The position numbers and the translations under genes were made by a program. A stretch of 64,000 bases of DNA, from assembly GCA_016840085.1 (NCBI GenBank), contig JAEOTA010000017.1, positions 34,411 through 98,410 of the forward strand, given 5' to 3'. This document shows positions 50,638 to 60,309 of the stretch, in pieces. The notes beneath the pieces were generated by a model. It did no database searches. It was given only the letters and a program-made list of their open reading frames with translations, and was not told where the DNA came from. Origin of the DNA: Promethearchaeota archaeon (GTDB taxonomy: Archaea > Asgardarchaeota > Lokiarchaeia > Sigyniarchaeales > SOKP01). The first letter of the stretch is position 1. Each line of letters begins with the position of its first letter.

Positions 50638-51180
50638 TTAATACTTATCAACATGAAACTGTTTTAAGTAATACTCATCTTCAACCATTTCTTTAGAGAA
50701 TTCTCTTAAGCGATCTATTTCCTTCTTTATTTCTTTGACTTTTCTTAGTTTTCCCAAGTCTTGAAAGACTTCTGATGCTTCTTCGAATGTTTTTACACTT
50801 ATATCAAAATTACCAGATACTTCAAGATCTTCTGCAAGAAATATTAATCCTTCAGCAGTTTCTACTTTTTTTCCTAATTTTTTTTGAATTTTTAATGATT
50901 GGTAATGACATTTCATACTTTCAGCATGTTGTTTAAAAATAGAATAAGTTCTGCCTAATGCTCTTAATGCTAATGCTTCTTGCTCTGGTAAGTTATTTTC
51001 TCTACAGTGTACTAGAATTGATTGCAAGAATTGAATATACTCTGTCTTATTTTTGATTTTTGTCCGATCTAAATATTCAAGAGCTTTTTCATATTGTTCT
51101 AAAGTGTTTTGGATATCCCTTTGTTCAAAAAATTGTTTAGATTTCTCAAAAAGTTCTGTATGATCAATAGATGCGACCAT
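50638..51180 (-). CDS. TPR repeat protein
   Basis: EALALRALGRTY..SLKIQKKLG and AEGLIFLAE..ASEVFQDLG TPR patterns. Confidence 0.8.
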   Translation of the reverse strand: MVASIDHTELFEKSKQFFEQRDIQNTLEQYEKALEYLDRTKIKNKTEYIQFLQSILVHCRENNLPEQEALALRALGRTYSIFKQHAESMKCHYQSLKIQKKLGKKVETAEGLIFLAEDLEVSGNFDISVKTFEEASEVFQDLGKLRKVKEIKKEIDRLREFSKEMVEDEYYLKQFHVDKY

Positions 51181-51478
51181 CGCGGTCTCAACTACACGTA
51201 CTTAGAATTTTTTTTTAGATTTAATTTATTTAAAAATAAGTCCAATATTAATAAAATAAATTACCTATATAAAATTAACTATACTCTACAGAAAGGGTAA
51301 GAGGCATCAAAAAGGGATAATATTATGAAGAATCTACCCTTTCACATAAAGTAAAAAAATTCATTAAATGAACAGCAATTTAATTAAAAACGTGTTTAAT
51401 TAAAAAAATTACACAATTTAAAATTAAATTAAAATTCAAATAAAATAATAAAGAAAAAAAGAAGAGGAGTTAAGTAAG

Positions 51479-52144
51479 TTAAAAATTAATTATTCCAGCA
51501 ACACCTAACGGGAGAAAAATACACAAAAGTATTAATCCTATAGCGTAGATTATCCCAACCACTTTTAATTTTGACTTTTTATCAGCAAGATCATAAACGT
51601 AGAAAGCTCCAATAAAGAAATGGAAATATCCTATTAGAAAGATTAGAATTGGATTATACCAATTCCACCACACGTACTCCCAGATTAAATAATTGCCCCA
51701 ATTCAAGAAAATCTCAACAACAACACAGAAAAGAGAAAAACCAATTGCCATAGCCCATCGATTAGGAAATCCAAGCATTTTCTTGTTTTTATCATCTGGT
51801 AAAAACTTAGCAAATATTATTCCTGCTATAGAGAACATAAAAGCAATTTCAATATTCCATCCAATTAAAATTATATATGCACTCGCTCCAGGTGTAGTCC
51901 AAAAAGCGGAGACATCAGAAAAAGCAAAAATAAGTCCATTCCAAATTTCATTAATCAAATCTAACCCCAACACCGTCAATCCCGCAAATATTGTACTCCA
52001 ATCTCCTGTTTCTCTTGCATTCTTAATTTCAACACCATAAATATATAACACTATTGCGAGTAATGGAATGATATACCATCCGGATTCCGAGTTTAGCTCT
52101 CGAAGTTTAGATAACGCTTCAAGAGAAGCCTCTGTTGGTACCAT
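51479..52144 (-). CDS. Conserved multi-pass membrane protein
   Basis: Multiple hydrophobic helices; NEIWNG, GWNIEI. Confidence 0.8.
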   Translation of the reverse strand: MVPTEASLEALSKLRELNSESGWYIIPLLAIVLYIYGVEIKNARETGDWSTIFAGLTVLGLDLINEIWNGLIFAFSDVSAFWTTPGASAYIILIGWNIEIAFMFSIAGIIFAKFLPDDKNKKMLGFPNRWAMAIGFSLFCVVVEIFLNWGNYLIWEYVWWNWYNPILIFLIGYFHFFIGAFYVYDLADKKSKLKVVGIIYAIGLILLCIFLPLGVAGIINF

Positions 52145-52294
52145 AAATCTCACTTATTCTTATATTTTTATTTTTTTATGATTAGTTTAAAAAAAAATTA
52201 AACAAGAACATTTATATAATTTTACTAATTAAAGTTAGACCAAAATGAGAATATTCAGTTTTTATTTTATTGCTAACTAAAAAAATAATCAAAA

Positions 52295-53074
52295 TTATTC
52301 CATAATCTTGTTAGCAATAATCGCTGCCGAAGCACCTGCGCCAAAACCATTATCAATATTGACTACTAATAATCCCGGTGAACAAGACTGTAGCATTGTT
52401 GTAAGAGCTCCCTTTCCTTTTTCTCCCATACCATAACCACTTGATATTGGGACACCTATTACAGGGACATCAACAAGTGCAGCAACTAGTCCAGGTAAGG
52501 TACCTTCCATACCGGCGCATACGATTATTACATGAACTCCACTTCTAATCATATCACTTAAAGGTGTAAAAATTCGATGGATCCCAGCAATTCCGACATC
52601 ATAACTCGTAATAACTTTACAACCCATAGCTTCTGCAATAATTGTTGCTTCAACAGCAACAGGTATATCTGAACTACCTGCTGTAATGATTCCAATTATT
52701 CCTCCCCTTTCAGGAAAATCAAATGATTTATTCTTAATGACAATTATTTTGCCTAGTTCATTTATTTCAATTTTATATTCTTTCTTTTCTTCAAAAATCT
52801 TATGAATTAAAGCCTTTTGTTCCTCATTATAACGAGATAGAATTGCATAATTATTACTTTGCAAAAATCTTTCAGTAATATCTATTAGGACTTGAGATTC
52901 TTTATTTTGAGCAAAAATAACTTCTGGTGTTCCTGTTCTTGTTTTACGAAATATATCTAGTTTTGCTAAATCTCCAACTTCTTCTATATGGTTTGCTTTT
53001 AATAATCTTTCAGCTTCTGCTATAGAGATCTGATTTTCAAGCAGTTTTTTGAGAATATTTTTAATTTCACTCAT
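52295..53074 (-). CDS. larB: Nickel pincer cofactor biosynthesis protein LarB
   Basis: RTGTPEVIF, TAGSSDIPVA, DVGIAGIHR, AGMEGTL, MLQSCSPG, VNIDNGFGA. Confidence 0.95.
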   Translation of the reverse strand: MSEIKNILKKLLENQISIAEAERLLKANHIEEVGDLAKLDIFRKTRTGTPEVIFAQNKESQVLIDITERFLQSNNYAILSRYNEEQKALIHKIFEEKKEYKIEINELGKIIVIKNKSFDFPERGGIIGIITAGSSDIPVAVEATIIAEAMGCKVITSYDVGIAGIHRIFTPLSDMIRSGVHVIIVCAGMEGTLPGLVAALVDVPVIGVPISSGYGMGEKGKGALTTMLQSCSPGLLVVNIDNGFGAGASAAIIANKIME

Positions 53075-53270
53075 TTTACATTTCATTACGACTTTGTTTA
53101 AATACTTTATAATAGAACTATTTGAAAGGTTATTAAAATAGTTTTATTTAAACTGGTTTATTAAATCTTTTTCTCTTCATTATAAATTTTGAAAAAAGAT
53201 AATAATAACTCAGAATAATTATAAATTACTACTAATTCAATTATAAAACCTTACTTAAAGTGATATACAA

Positions 53271-54494
53271 ATGGAGATTGATTATACATCATATAAAGAT
53301 GTAAAATTAAAAGGAAAAAAAATCTTAATGCGAGTTGACATAAACTCAAATATTGATCTTGAAAAAATGGAAATTAGAGATTCACCTCGAATTCGAGCAC
53401 TTGTTCCCGCTTTAAATGAACACTTTAAAAGTAGTGCTGTGATAATCCTAGCACATCAATCTCGTCCTGGTAGTGATGATTTTACAGATTTAGATATACA
53501 TGCAAAAGAGATAGAAAAATATCTTGGACGTCCCGTCAAATTTGTTAAGGATATTTATGGAGAACAGGCAGTTCAAGCAATAAAGGAACTTAAACCCGGA
53601 GAAGTTCTGGTTCTCAATAATGTTCGAAAATTTGAAGGTGAAATGAAAAATTATAAAGATTTTTCAGAAGCAGAAAATACAGACATGGTGAAAACTCTTT
53701 TTCCATTGGTCGATTATGTTATTGTTGATGCGTTTGGTGCGGCTCACCGTGCTCATGCTTCTATAGTTGGATGGCCAAAAATGATGGCAGGACCAATAAC
53801 AGATAAAGAATTAGATGCGTTGAAGAAGATAATGCAACAGCCAGATAAACCCATGGCAATGCTAATTGGTGGGGCAAAAGCAATAGATAAATTTAAAGCA
53901 ATGAAATATAATTTTGATAATGAAAAATTAGATTATGCGTTATGCTCTGGATTAACTGCGATTTTAATCTTTGAAGCATTAGGAAAACACATGGGAGAAC
54001 CAAACCATAAAATAATCGCTGAGGATCTAGAAGCTAATAAAGATATGATAAAAGAAACTTATGAAAAATATAAAGATAAAATCATCCTTCCAGAAGATTT
54101 GGTTATCGATGACAATGGTAATAGAAAAGTCATAGGAATTGATGAAGCTGGTACTTATAATACTACAACTGGAGATATAGGGCCGGCAACAGTAAATAAA
54201 TTCAATGAAATTCTGATGAAGTGTAAAACAATTGTCGCAAATGGCCCACCAGGTATATTTGAAAAGGAAGTGTTTAGAAAAGCTACAAATGAAATTGTGG
54301 ATACTATGGTCGCTGCTACAAAAAAAAATAAAGCTCTTACTATAATAGGTGGTGGCGAGATGGGTGCAGCAGCTTCTATGGCGGGAAAAGCAGACGATGT
54401 TTCCTTCATTTCAACTGCGGGTGGAGCAATGTTGGAAATTCTGTCTGGAAATGATCTACCAATGATTAGAGCTTTAAGAGAAAAGAAAGTTTAA
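53271..54494 (+). CDS. pgk: Phosphoglycerate kinase
   Basis: RVDINS, HQSRPG, DAFGAAHRAHAS, GGAK, DIGP, NGPPGIFE, STAGGA. Confidence 0.97.
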   Translation: MEIDYTSYKDVKLKGKKILMRVDINSNIDLEKMEIRDSPRIRALVPALNEHFKSSAVIILAHQSRPGSDDFTDLDIHAKEIEKYLGRPVKFVKDIYGEQAVQAIKELKPGEVLVLNNVRKFEGEMKNYKDFSEAENTDMVKTLFPLVDYVIVDAFGAAHRAHASIVGWPKMMAGPITDKELDALKKIMQQPDKPMAMLIGGAKAIDKFKAMKYNFDNEKLDYALCSGLTAILIFEALGKHMGEPNHKIIAEDLEANKDMIKETYEKYKDKIILPEDLVIDDNGNRKVIGIDEAGTYNTTTGDIGPATVNKFNEILMKCKTIVANGPPGIFEKEVFRKATNEIVDTMVAATKKNKALTIIGGGEMGAAASMAGKADDVSFISTAGGAMLEILSGNDLPMIRALREKKV

Positions 54495-54702
54495 TATCTT
54501 TCATTTAATTTTTTTTAATATTTTTTAATTCTATTTTTCCAATTATTTTATTTAAAACCTTATTGAAAATTTTCTAATAAGACTAATAAAATATTTATTT
54601 TTTAATACAATAGAATAAACTAAGTCACATTTGGTTATGTATTAAGTCGATATGAAAATGCTTAAATTTAACCAATATAACAATAGTGAATAGAAATTTA
54701 AT

Positions 54703-54801
54703 GGGCCCGTGGTCTAGACCTGAGATTTAGCTCGGGGGATAACCTGGTATGACGTCCGCTTGACGTGCGGAAGGTCGTGCGTTCAAATCGCGCCGGGCCC
54801 A
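54703..54801 (+). tRNA. tRNA-Val(GAC) with a 25-nt non-canonical D-loop intron (position 15/16; 54718-54742)
   Basis: Acceptor GGGCCCG/CGGGCCC-A; anticodon arm TCCGC-TTGACGT-GCGGA; T-loop GTTCAAATC; bulge-helix-bulge AG^A / GTCT:GGAT / AA^C. Confidence 0.92.
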
Positions 54802-54826
54802 CTATAAAATATAAACGAATAAAAAG

Positions 54827-55306
54827 ATGCCGATTAGAATTCGCTGGAAATCTAAGGAATATTTTGGAATTGGATTATTATTATTAGGAATGTGTGGTAT
54901 GTTCCAATTATTTTTCATATTCATTGGTCAATATGTGTTAGCAATAGGTAACTATTTTGTAGTGATTTTAGTACCAATAGGAATCACAATTGCCTTATTT
55001 TTTGCTGCCATGATAATATTTGAAAGTTATGCTCAAGTTGAGAGGAGAGAGAAATTGAGAAGCCAATTTCGAAAGTCAGAAGTAGCATCTACAAAATTAG
55101 AGAGATTTTTAAATTTTCCCATAACTAAACCTTTATTAATCATATTTCTAGTATTTATTGCTTTATTTTTTAGCACGCATTTTATTTGTGTAACATTTCT
55201 TGATCATACTTTATCGTTTTTGATCGCAGAAAATTTAAGTGCGATAGTATGCCTTCTCATTGCTAATCTTATAGAAAAGAATTACGGTAGAGTTCAAAGA
55301 TATTAA
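54827..55306 (+). CDS. Hypothetical membrane protein (four hydrophobic segments)
   Basis: 159-aa hydrophobic ORF directly after the tRNA. Confidence 0.7.
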   Translation: MPIRIRWKSKEYFGIGLLLLGMCGMFQLFFIFIGQYVLAIGNYFVVILVPIGITIALFFAAMIIFESYAQVERREKLRSQFRKSEVASTKLERFLNFPITKPLLIIFLVFIALFFSTHFICVTFLDHTLSFLIAENLSAIVCLLIANLIEKNYGRVQRY

Positions 55307-55453
55307 GCAAATTGTAAAGAGCTATTTTTAAGCATTATAGTATATTTATATATTGATAACACTTCAATTAATATATAAAAAGGAAGTAATGGTAAAAGGG
55401 GAAACAATACCCATCTTATAAGATAAATTTAAAATATATTATATTTCAAAACT

Positions 55454-56302
55454 ATGGCAAAAGTTGAAATTCATTGTCCTATTTGCTCGAAATGGGATAA
55501 TATTGAAATAGCAGACGATGCCGCAAAAAATGTTACAAAAGGACTTCTAGCAATTAACATTACTGCTGGAATGATATGCGAGCATTCATTCATTGCTTAT
55601 GTAGATAAAAATCTAATCGTAAGAGATACATTCATAGCAGATTTTAAAGTTGAAACTAATGAATCTTCAACTACTCAAGAGGTTGAGGAACTAACCATTC
55701 CTGACACAGAATCAATCAAATTCGATCTTATAAAGTTAAATATTCCAGAGGTCTTGATGGCTTACGTTTTTAAGGCTACATTTTTAGGAGAAAAAATAAT
55801 CATAATTTCTGAAGAGGAATTTCTTTATAATCATGTAATTAATTTCTTTACACATATTATGCGTGATTTTTTCAATATTGAGATAATTACCATATCAAAT
55901 GATGATTTCAAGGGGAATAAAAAGGATTATGAGGATTATATTGTATTTAGGAACCGGGAGATCATCCAAGATAAAAATAAAATAATTAATCCTAAAAAAT
56001 TAGAAATAGAAAAAACTATTGCTAAAAAATTTAATTCTGAGTTTGAACTAGTTCCAGCCTTAATTATTTTAAGAAATGAAATTCAAAAAGTATATGAATT
56101 TTCAAAAACCATAGCTGAATTAATAAAAAACCGAGAAAATAAACCACTTACATCAAAAATGTTAATTGATCATATAGAAGAAAAATATAGAGAAGCTATA
56201 CAAATGCCATTTCTGAGGTTATTAATTGACATAGTTAAAAATTATTTTAAAGTTGAAGTGCCGAAAATTGATGGAGTAACAGATTTTCTTGGATTTTTAT
56301 GA
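55454..56302 (+). CDS. Hypothetical protein with an N-terminal zinc finger
   Basis: HCPIC..CEHSFIAYVD C3H-type motif followed by an alpha/beta domain. Confidence 0.75.
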   Translation: MAKVEIHCPICSKWDNIEIADDAAKNVTKGLLAINITAGMICEHSFIAYVDKNLIVRDTFIADFKVETNESSTTQEVEELTIPDTESIKFDLIKLNIPEVLMAYVFKATFLGEKIIIISEEEFLYNHVINFFTHIMRDFFNIEIITISNDDFKGNKKDYEDYIVFRNREIIQDKNKIINPKKLEIEKTIAKKFNSEFELVPALIILRNEIQKVYEFSKTIAELIKNRENKPLTSKMLIDHIEEKYREAIQMPFLRLLIDIVKNYFKVEVPKIDGVTDFLGFL

Positions 56303-56329
56303 ACTCCTAAAGTTTTAGAACAATATTGA

Positions 56330-56351
56330 TCGTGAAAGTTCCATTTCACGA
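56330..56351. other. Hairpin/palindrome downstream of the zinc-finger gene
   Basis: TCGTGAAA-N6-TTTCACGA. Confidence 0.4.
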
Positions 56352-56487
56352 ATATTCTAATCTACCCAAAAAGTAGAATTTCAATGGTTTATTCTTTATT
56401 TTCTTGAGTTTTTACTTAATAGTAAAAATTAAGTAGACAATAAACATAACTTAACATAATCATTAAACAAATTTTTGAGGTGAGAGA

Positions 56488-56781
56488 ATGGCTATTTTCA
56501 TAATTCTTGGCAGATTTACCCAAGAGGGGATCACGAAAATTAAGGAGACTCCACAGCAGTTTGAGGCAGCTAAAAAAGTAGCTGAATCAATTGGTGGATC
56601 CATTAAAGAGTTTTACTATACGATGGGACGCTATGATTTCGTTTCAATAACTGAGGCTCCCAGTTACGAGACAATGATGAAGGGGCTTCTTACTGTGGGA
56701 GGTACAGGCATGATAAGGACAGAAACGCTACAAGCAATCCCAATAGAAAAAGTAGAAGATATCATTAAGGATTTACCATAA
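56488..56781 (+). CDS. GYD domain protein
   Basis: FTQEG..GGSIKEFYYTMGRYD..IRTETLQA. Confidence 0.9.
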   Translation: MAIFIILGRFTQEGITKIKETPQQFEAAKKVAESIGGSIKEFYYTMGRYDFVSITEAPSYETMMKGLLTVGGTGMIRTETLQAIPIEKVEDIIKDLP

Positions 56782-57061
56782 AGCTTCCTAATAATACATT
56801 CAATCTTCCTTTTTTTTTAGACTCCTTGATAATTTCAATTAATTGATAATCAATAGAGAACATCTGATATTCCAAACTTCTTTGCCCGTTTTAAAACATA
56901 CTTTTTTCTAATCTAGATTTTATTTAATAGCTTCTTTCCTTTTATTATAATGAGCTCTATTTTTTTCTATAAAACAAAGGAAATCTTTCTTAATTAACAA
57001 ATATATTTATAGAGAATTTCCTTAATATCTCTTATATGTAAATTCAAATTCATTTTAAAAA

Positions 57062-57322
57062 ATGAAATTTCATCAAGATTATCCAAAAATGCCATTAGTA
57101 TGCTATCAAGAAATTGTTGAAGGCTTAACTGAGAAACATCATTTAATGACAACTTCTTTAAACAGAAATCACTTAGATTGTGAATATTGCGGTAGACAAT
57201 TAACCGGAAAAAGATTAAAACGTCACATTAATATATGCCAAACAACAGCGATACATATTTTTTGTTCTAAAAATTGTAAAAATATGTGGTGTTTTGATAT
57301 CAAAAAGGGAATTAAAATTTGA
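57062..57322 (+). CDS. Small zinc-finger protein (TRASH/MYM-like)
   Basis: CEYCG..FCSKNC. Confidence 0.65.
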   Translation: MKFHQDYPKMPLVCYQEIVEGLTEKHHLMTTSLNRNHLDCEYCGRQLTGKRLKRHINICQTTAIHIFCSKNCKNMWCFDIKKGIKI

Positions 57323-57401
57323 AAATAAAGTTTATTGGTTTTTTTCTAATAGTATGAATGCTCTTGTCAGAATCTACTAAAAAGAATATTTAAAAAAGAA
57401 T

Positions 57402-57548
57402 TTACTTTTTTCTTAGGAATTTATTTAATTCTTCTCTTCTCTTGTTAAATAGAATTTTATTTTTTTCGATTATGATTTTCCAGAGTTTTTCTCTTTCTTC
57501 CTTGGAAGCAGTATGTAATTTTTCATATAATCTCTTAATTTCTTCCAA
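57402..57548 (-). CDS. Small 48-aa helical protein, below the ORF-track cutoff
   Basis: TTG start after GGGA; LEEIKRLYEKLHTASKEEREKLWKIIIEKNKILFNKRREELNKFLRKK; lies just 3' of tRNA-Gly. Confidence 0.5.
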   Translation of the reverse strand: MEEIKRLYEKLHTASKEEREKLWKIIIEKNKILFNKRREELNKFLRKK

Positions 57549-57582
57549 GAATAATATCCCATTTTAAAACGAATAAAATAGA

Positions 57583-57684
57583 TGCGCCGCCCGGGAATTG
57601 AACCCGGGTCGCCAGGTAATTGCGAACAATGCCTTTTTCATGGTTCATGGCAACCTGGCATACTTACCACTATACTAGCAGCGC
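57583..57684 (-). tRNA. tRNA-Gly(GCC) with a canonical 30-nt 37/38 intron (57618-57647)
   Basis: Acceptor GCGCTGC/GCGGCGC-A; CCAGG-TTGCCA^..^A-CCTGG; BHB with TTGC:GCAA central helix; T-loop TTCAATT. Confidence 0.95.
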
Positions 57685-57752
57685 ATAATTGTTAATAATA
57701 AGAATATATTAAAAAATTAAAATTTAATGATTTAAAACTAGATTTAAAATCT

Positions 57753-58775
57753 TTAAACTATTTCTGAAATAACTTGCTTTATTGTATTATTAGTGACGAA
57801 ATCTTCTAATTGTGGAAAACTCGTCGGTAAACCTTCTCGAACTCCAATTTCTCTACATTCCAAGAACGACATAGCAGTAGCCATTTTTGAAGTCAATTCA
57901 AGAGATAAATTATTCAACCGAGAGATTAATATACCTGTTAAGAAAGCATCACCAGCACCTGTAGTATCCTCAACTTTTCCTGCGCTATAAACTCCACTGT
58001 TTATAATTGTTTTACCATCCGAAATTATTGAACCATGGGGCCCATCAGTAATAGAAATCAGTTTTATTCCCATATCTAAGAAATTTTTAATCATAAGTGT
58101 TTTTTTGCTTTCACCTGTAAACTCTTGAGCTTCTTCTAAATTCATAGACACAACATCAGAATTTGAGATCAAAATTTTTGCCCAATTAGAGGCATTTTTT
58201 ATAATTGACATACTAGGAGCAGCACAGACCATTCCTCCTTTGTCTTTCGTCAAAGTTATTGCTTTTTCTATAGCTTTACAAGCATGATCAGTTGTTAAAG
58301 ATGTCCATGCAAATGCTTTGATATTAGTGAACAATTCTTCTTTTACATCTGAAGGTTTTAATAAGTTATTAGCGCCTTTATAAGCTAGAATACTTCGATC
58401 TTTTCCCCATGGAGTTCTTAGTATTATTGATAGTGCTGTAGTGTCATTATCAGTCCTAATTACTTGAGATAGATCTACACCTCGTTTCTTCAAGTCGGTT
58501 AAACAAATCTCTGCCGAAAAATCATTGCCCATAACACCAATATAGGCGCTTTTTAATCCTAGCATAGAACAATTAGCAGCTATATTAGCTCCTGAACCTC
58601 CTGGGACAAATCTAACATTTTTAACATTTAATTTACGTGAATATTCAATAGCAGTATACTTTTTTATAATTTCTTTATCCATTAATTCAAACCGCAGGAT
58701 ATCATCAATTTCTATTATGATATCTAAAGTGTTACTTCCAATCGTAATTAATTCTGGAAAATCCAAAATACTCAC
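57753..58775 (-). CDS. PfkB/ribokinase-family carbohydrate kinase
   Basis: PGGSGANIA, NLEEA, DTTGAGDAF. Confidence 0.93.
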   Translation of the reverse strand: MSILDFPELITIGSNTLDIIIEIDDILRFELMDKEIIKKYTAIEYSRKLNVKNVRFVPGGSGANIAANCSMLGLKSAYIGVMGNDFSAEICLTDLKKRGVDLSQVIRTDNDTTALSIILRTPWGKDRSILAYKGANNLLKPSDVKEELFTNIKAFAWTSLTTDHACKAIEKAITLTKDKGGMVCAAPSMSIIKNASNWAKILISNSDVVSMNLEEAQEFTGESKKTLMIKNFLDMGIKLISITDGPHGSIISDGKTIINSGVYSAGKVEDTTGAGDAFLTGILISRLNNLSLELTSKMATAMSFLECREIGVREGLPTSFPQLEDFVTNNTIKQVISEIV

Positions 58776-59159
58776 CTATAGGATACAATATTTTTGATTT
58801 ATTGAATAATTTAAAAATAGACTTGAGTATTATAATAATTTTACTAAGAAATAAATTTGAGAGAGAGTAAATCTACTTCAATAAGTATTCAATAATGATT
58901 TTCAGCTTATTTGTGTGTACAAAATTGTTAAATATGTACGTGTCTAAGGGACAGATATTAACGTATAGTATATGCATAAAAAGATTACTTTTTATAATTC
59001 TTATAGGTATGGGGATATTTATTCTGTCATATTTTTAGTTATAATCACAGAATATAAAGATATGTAGAATATCTTTTAAAAGAACCGCACAATATAGTTG
59101 AAAAAGATTAAAATCTTTGGTAATTTCATTTAAGGTTAAAAATAGCAAACAAAAAGAAC

Positions 59160-59384
59160 ATGAGCAGCACCTATATTAGAATATATAGAAAATTGTTCAT
59201 TTATAGTTTTTCCATTATTGGATGGGGAATAATTTGTTATATTCTTGTAGAGATCGCTTTAAATGGAGGTAGCAGAGAATTTAATATGAACAATTTTAAT
59301 GAAATGATGATTGAACTAATTGTTGTACCTATACTTTTGATTGCTTTAATTATCTCCGTGATATTAGAAGCAAGAGACATATAA
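59160..59384 (+). CDS. Small two-TM membrane protein
   Basis: 74-aa ORF with two hydrophobic segments. Confidence 0.5.
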   Translation: MSSTYIRIYRKLFIYSFSIIGWGIICYILVEIALNGGSREFNMNNFNEMMIELIVVPILLIALIISVILEARDI

Positions 59385-59491
59385 GGAATAAATAATCAAA
59401 AAGAATTACAGTCTTATTTTAATAAAATTTTCTTGAACCTTAAAAAATATTCAAAATGAAAACAATACAACTCAGTTTTAAAAATTAGAAT

Positions 59492-60121
59492 TTATTCATC
59501 TGATTTAAGGCGATTCAATTCCTTCTCCAATTCTGCTATTTTTTCATCAGATCCTGCGCTAGGCAGAGCCACGCCCATCTCCACTTGGATTTCAGCATCT
59601 ATTTCTCCCAACACTTCATCCACATCAGAATTTGTGACAGCTGTATCTAGTTGAATGCTATCTATACCTTCTGTTGTGATCTCAGCTGTTACGGCGAAGT
59701 CTTCCATATCAATGTCAATATTTTTCATCATTTCTGTGATTTGGGGGAGAGAGAGTTGATTTTTCAAGGAAGAAATAGATTGAGCAATTCCAGTCATGAT
59801 TTGGGCTACATCTTTTACAGCTTCTGCTTGCTCTAATTTAAATAATAAACCTTCTAAGTTTGTGCGAAAGCCATCGACCGCACGTGCTTGTTTTTTCGTT
59901 TGAAGATAATTCCTTGCATGGAATTTAGAGCCATCCATATCGCCCTGTTTTCGAAGATTTATAGCTTTATCCCGTGCTAATTTTGCGCTCATTTCTAACT
60001 TTTTAGTCTGACGCATCAATCTTTTATTAAAAACTTTCAATTTAACCGCTGCAGAGCGTACGTTGTCTCTACCCTTGCGATCACCAGAGAGCCACTTAGA
60101 AATATCTTTTAGAAAACCCAT
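59492..60121 (-). CDS. ESCRT-III subunit, Vps2/24/46-like (Snf7 family)
   Basis: Amphipathic N-terminus MGFLKDISKWL, basic helical hairpin, acidic C-terminal half, MIM1-like ELEKELNRLK; divergent from Vps4. Confidence 0.9.
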   Translation of the reverse strand: MGFLKDISKWLSGDRKGRDNVRSAAVKLKVFNKRLMRQTKKLEMSAKLARDKAINLRKQGDMDGSKFHARNYLQTKKQARAVDGFRTNLEGLLFKLEQAEAVKDVAQIMTGIAQSISSLKNQLSLPQITEMMKNIDIDMEDFAVTAEITTEGIDSIQLDTAVTNSDVDEVLGEIDAEIQVEMGVALPSAGSDEKIAELEKELNRLKSDE

Positions 60122-60309
60122 AATCATCAAAAATTATTAGTTATTATATATAATATATAAAAATACGGTATTATATAATTATTTGTAGACCAATATTTAT
60201 TTTCTTTAGCTTAAAGAGTAAATTTGATATATGCGGATAAAATTATTAATTATACAGATTGCTAATTTTGATTAGTTATAAATATTAAAAATATTGTGAT
60301 ATAGTTAAC

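Noticed and set aside
51109-51300. 63-aa plus-strand ORF overlapping the TPR gene start
   Set aside because: It overlaps the TPR gene antisense and runs through AT-rich promoter sequence, with no motif
54801-57583. Integrated element between the two convergent tRNA genes
   Set aside because: No integrase and no duplicated tRNA 3' end (att site) seen
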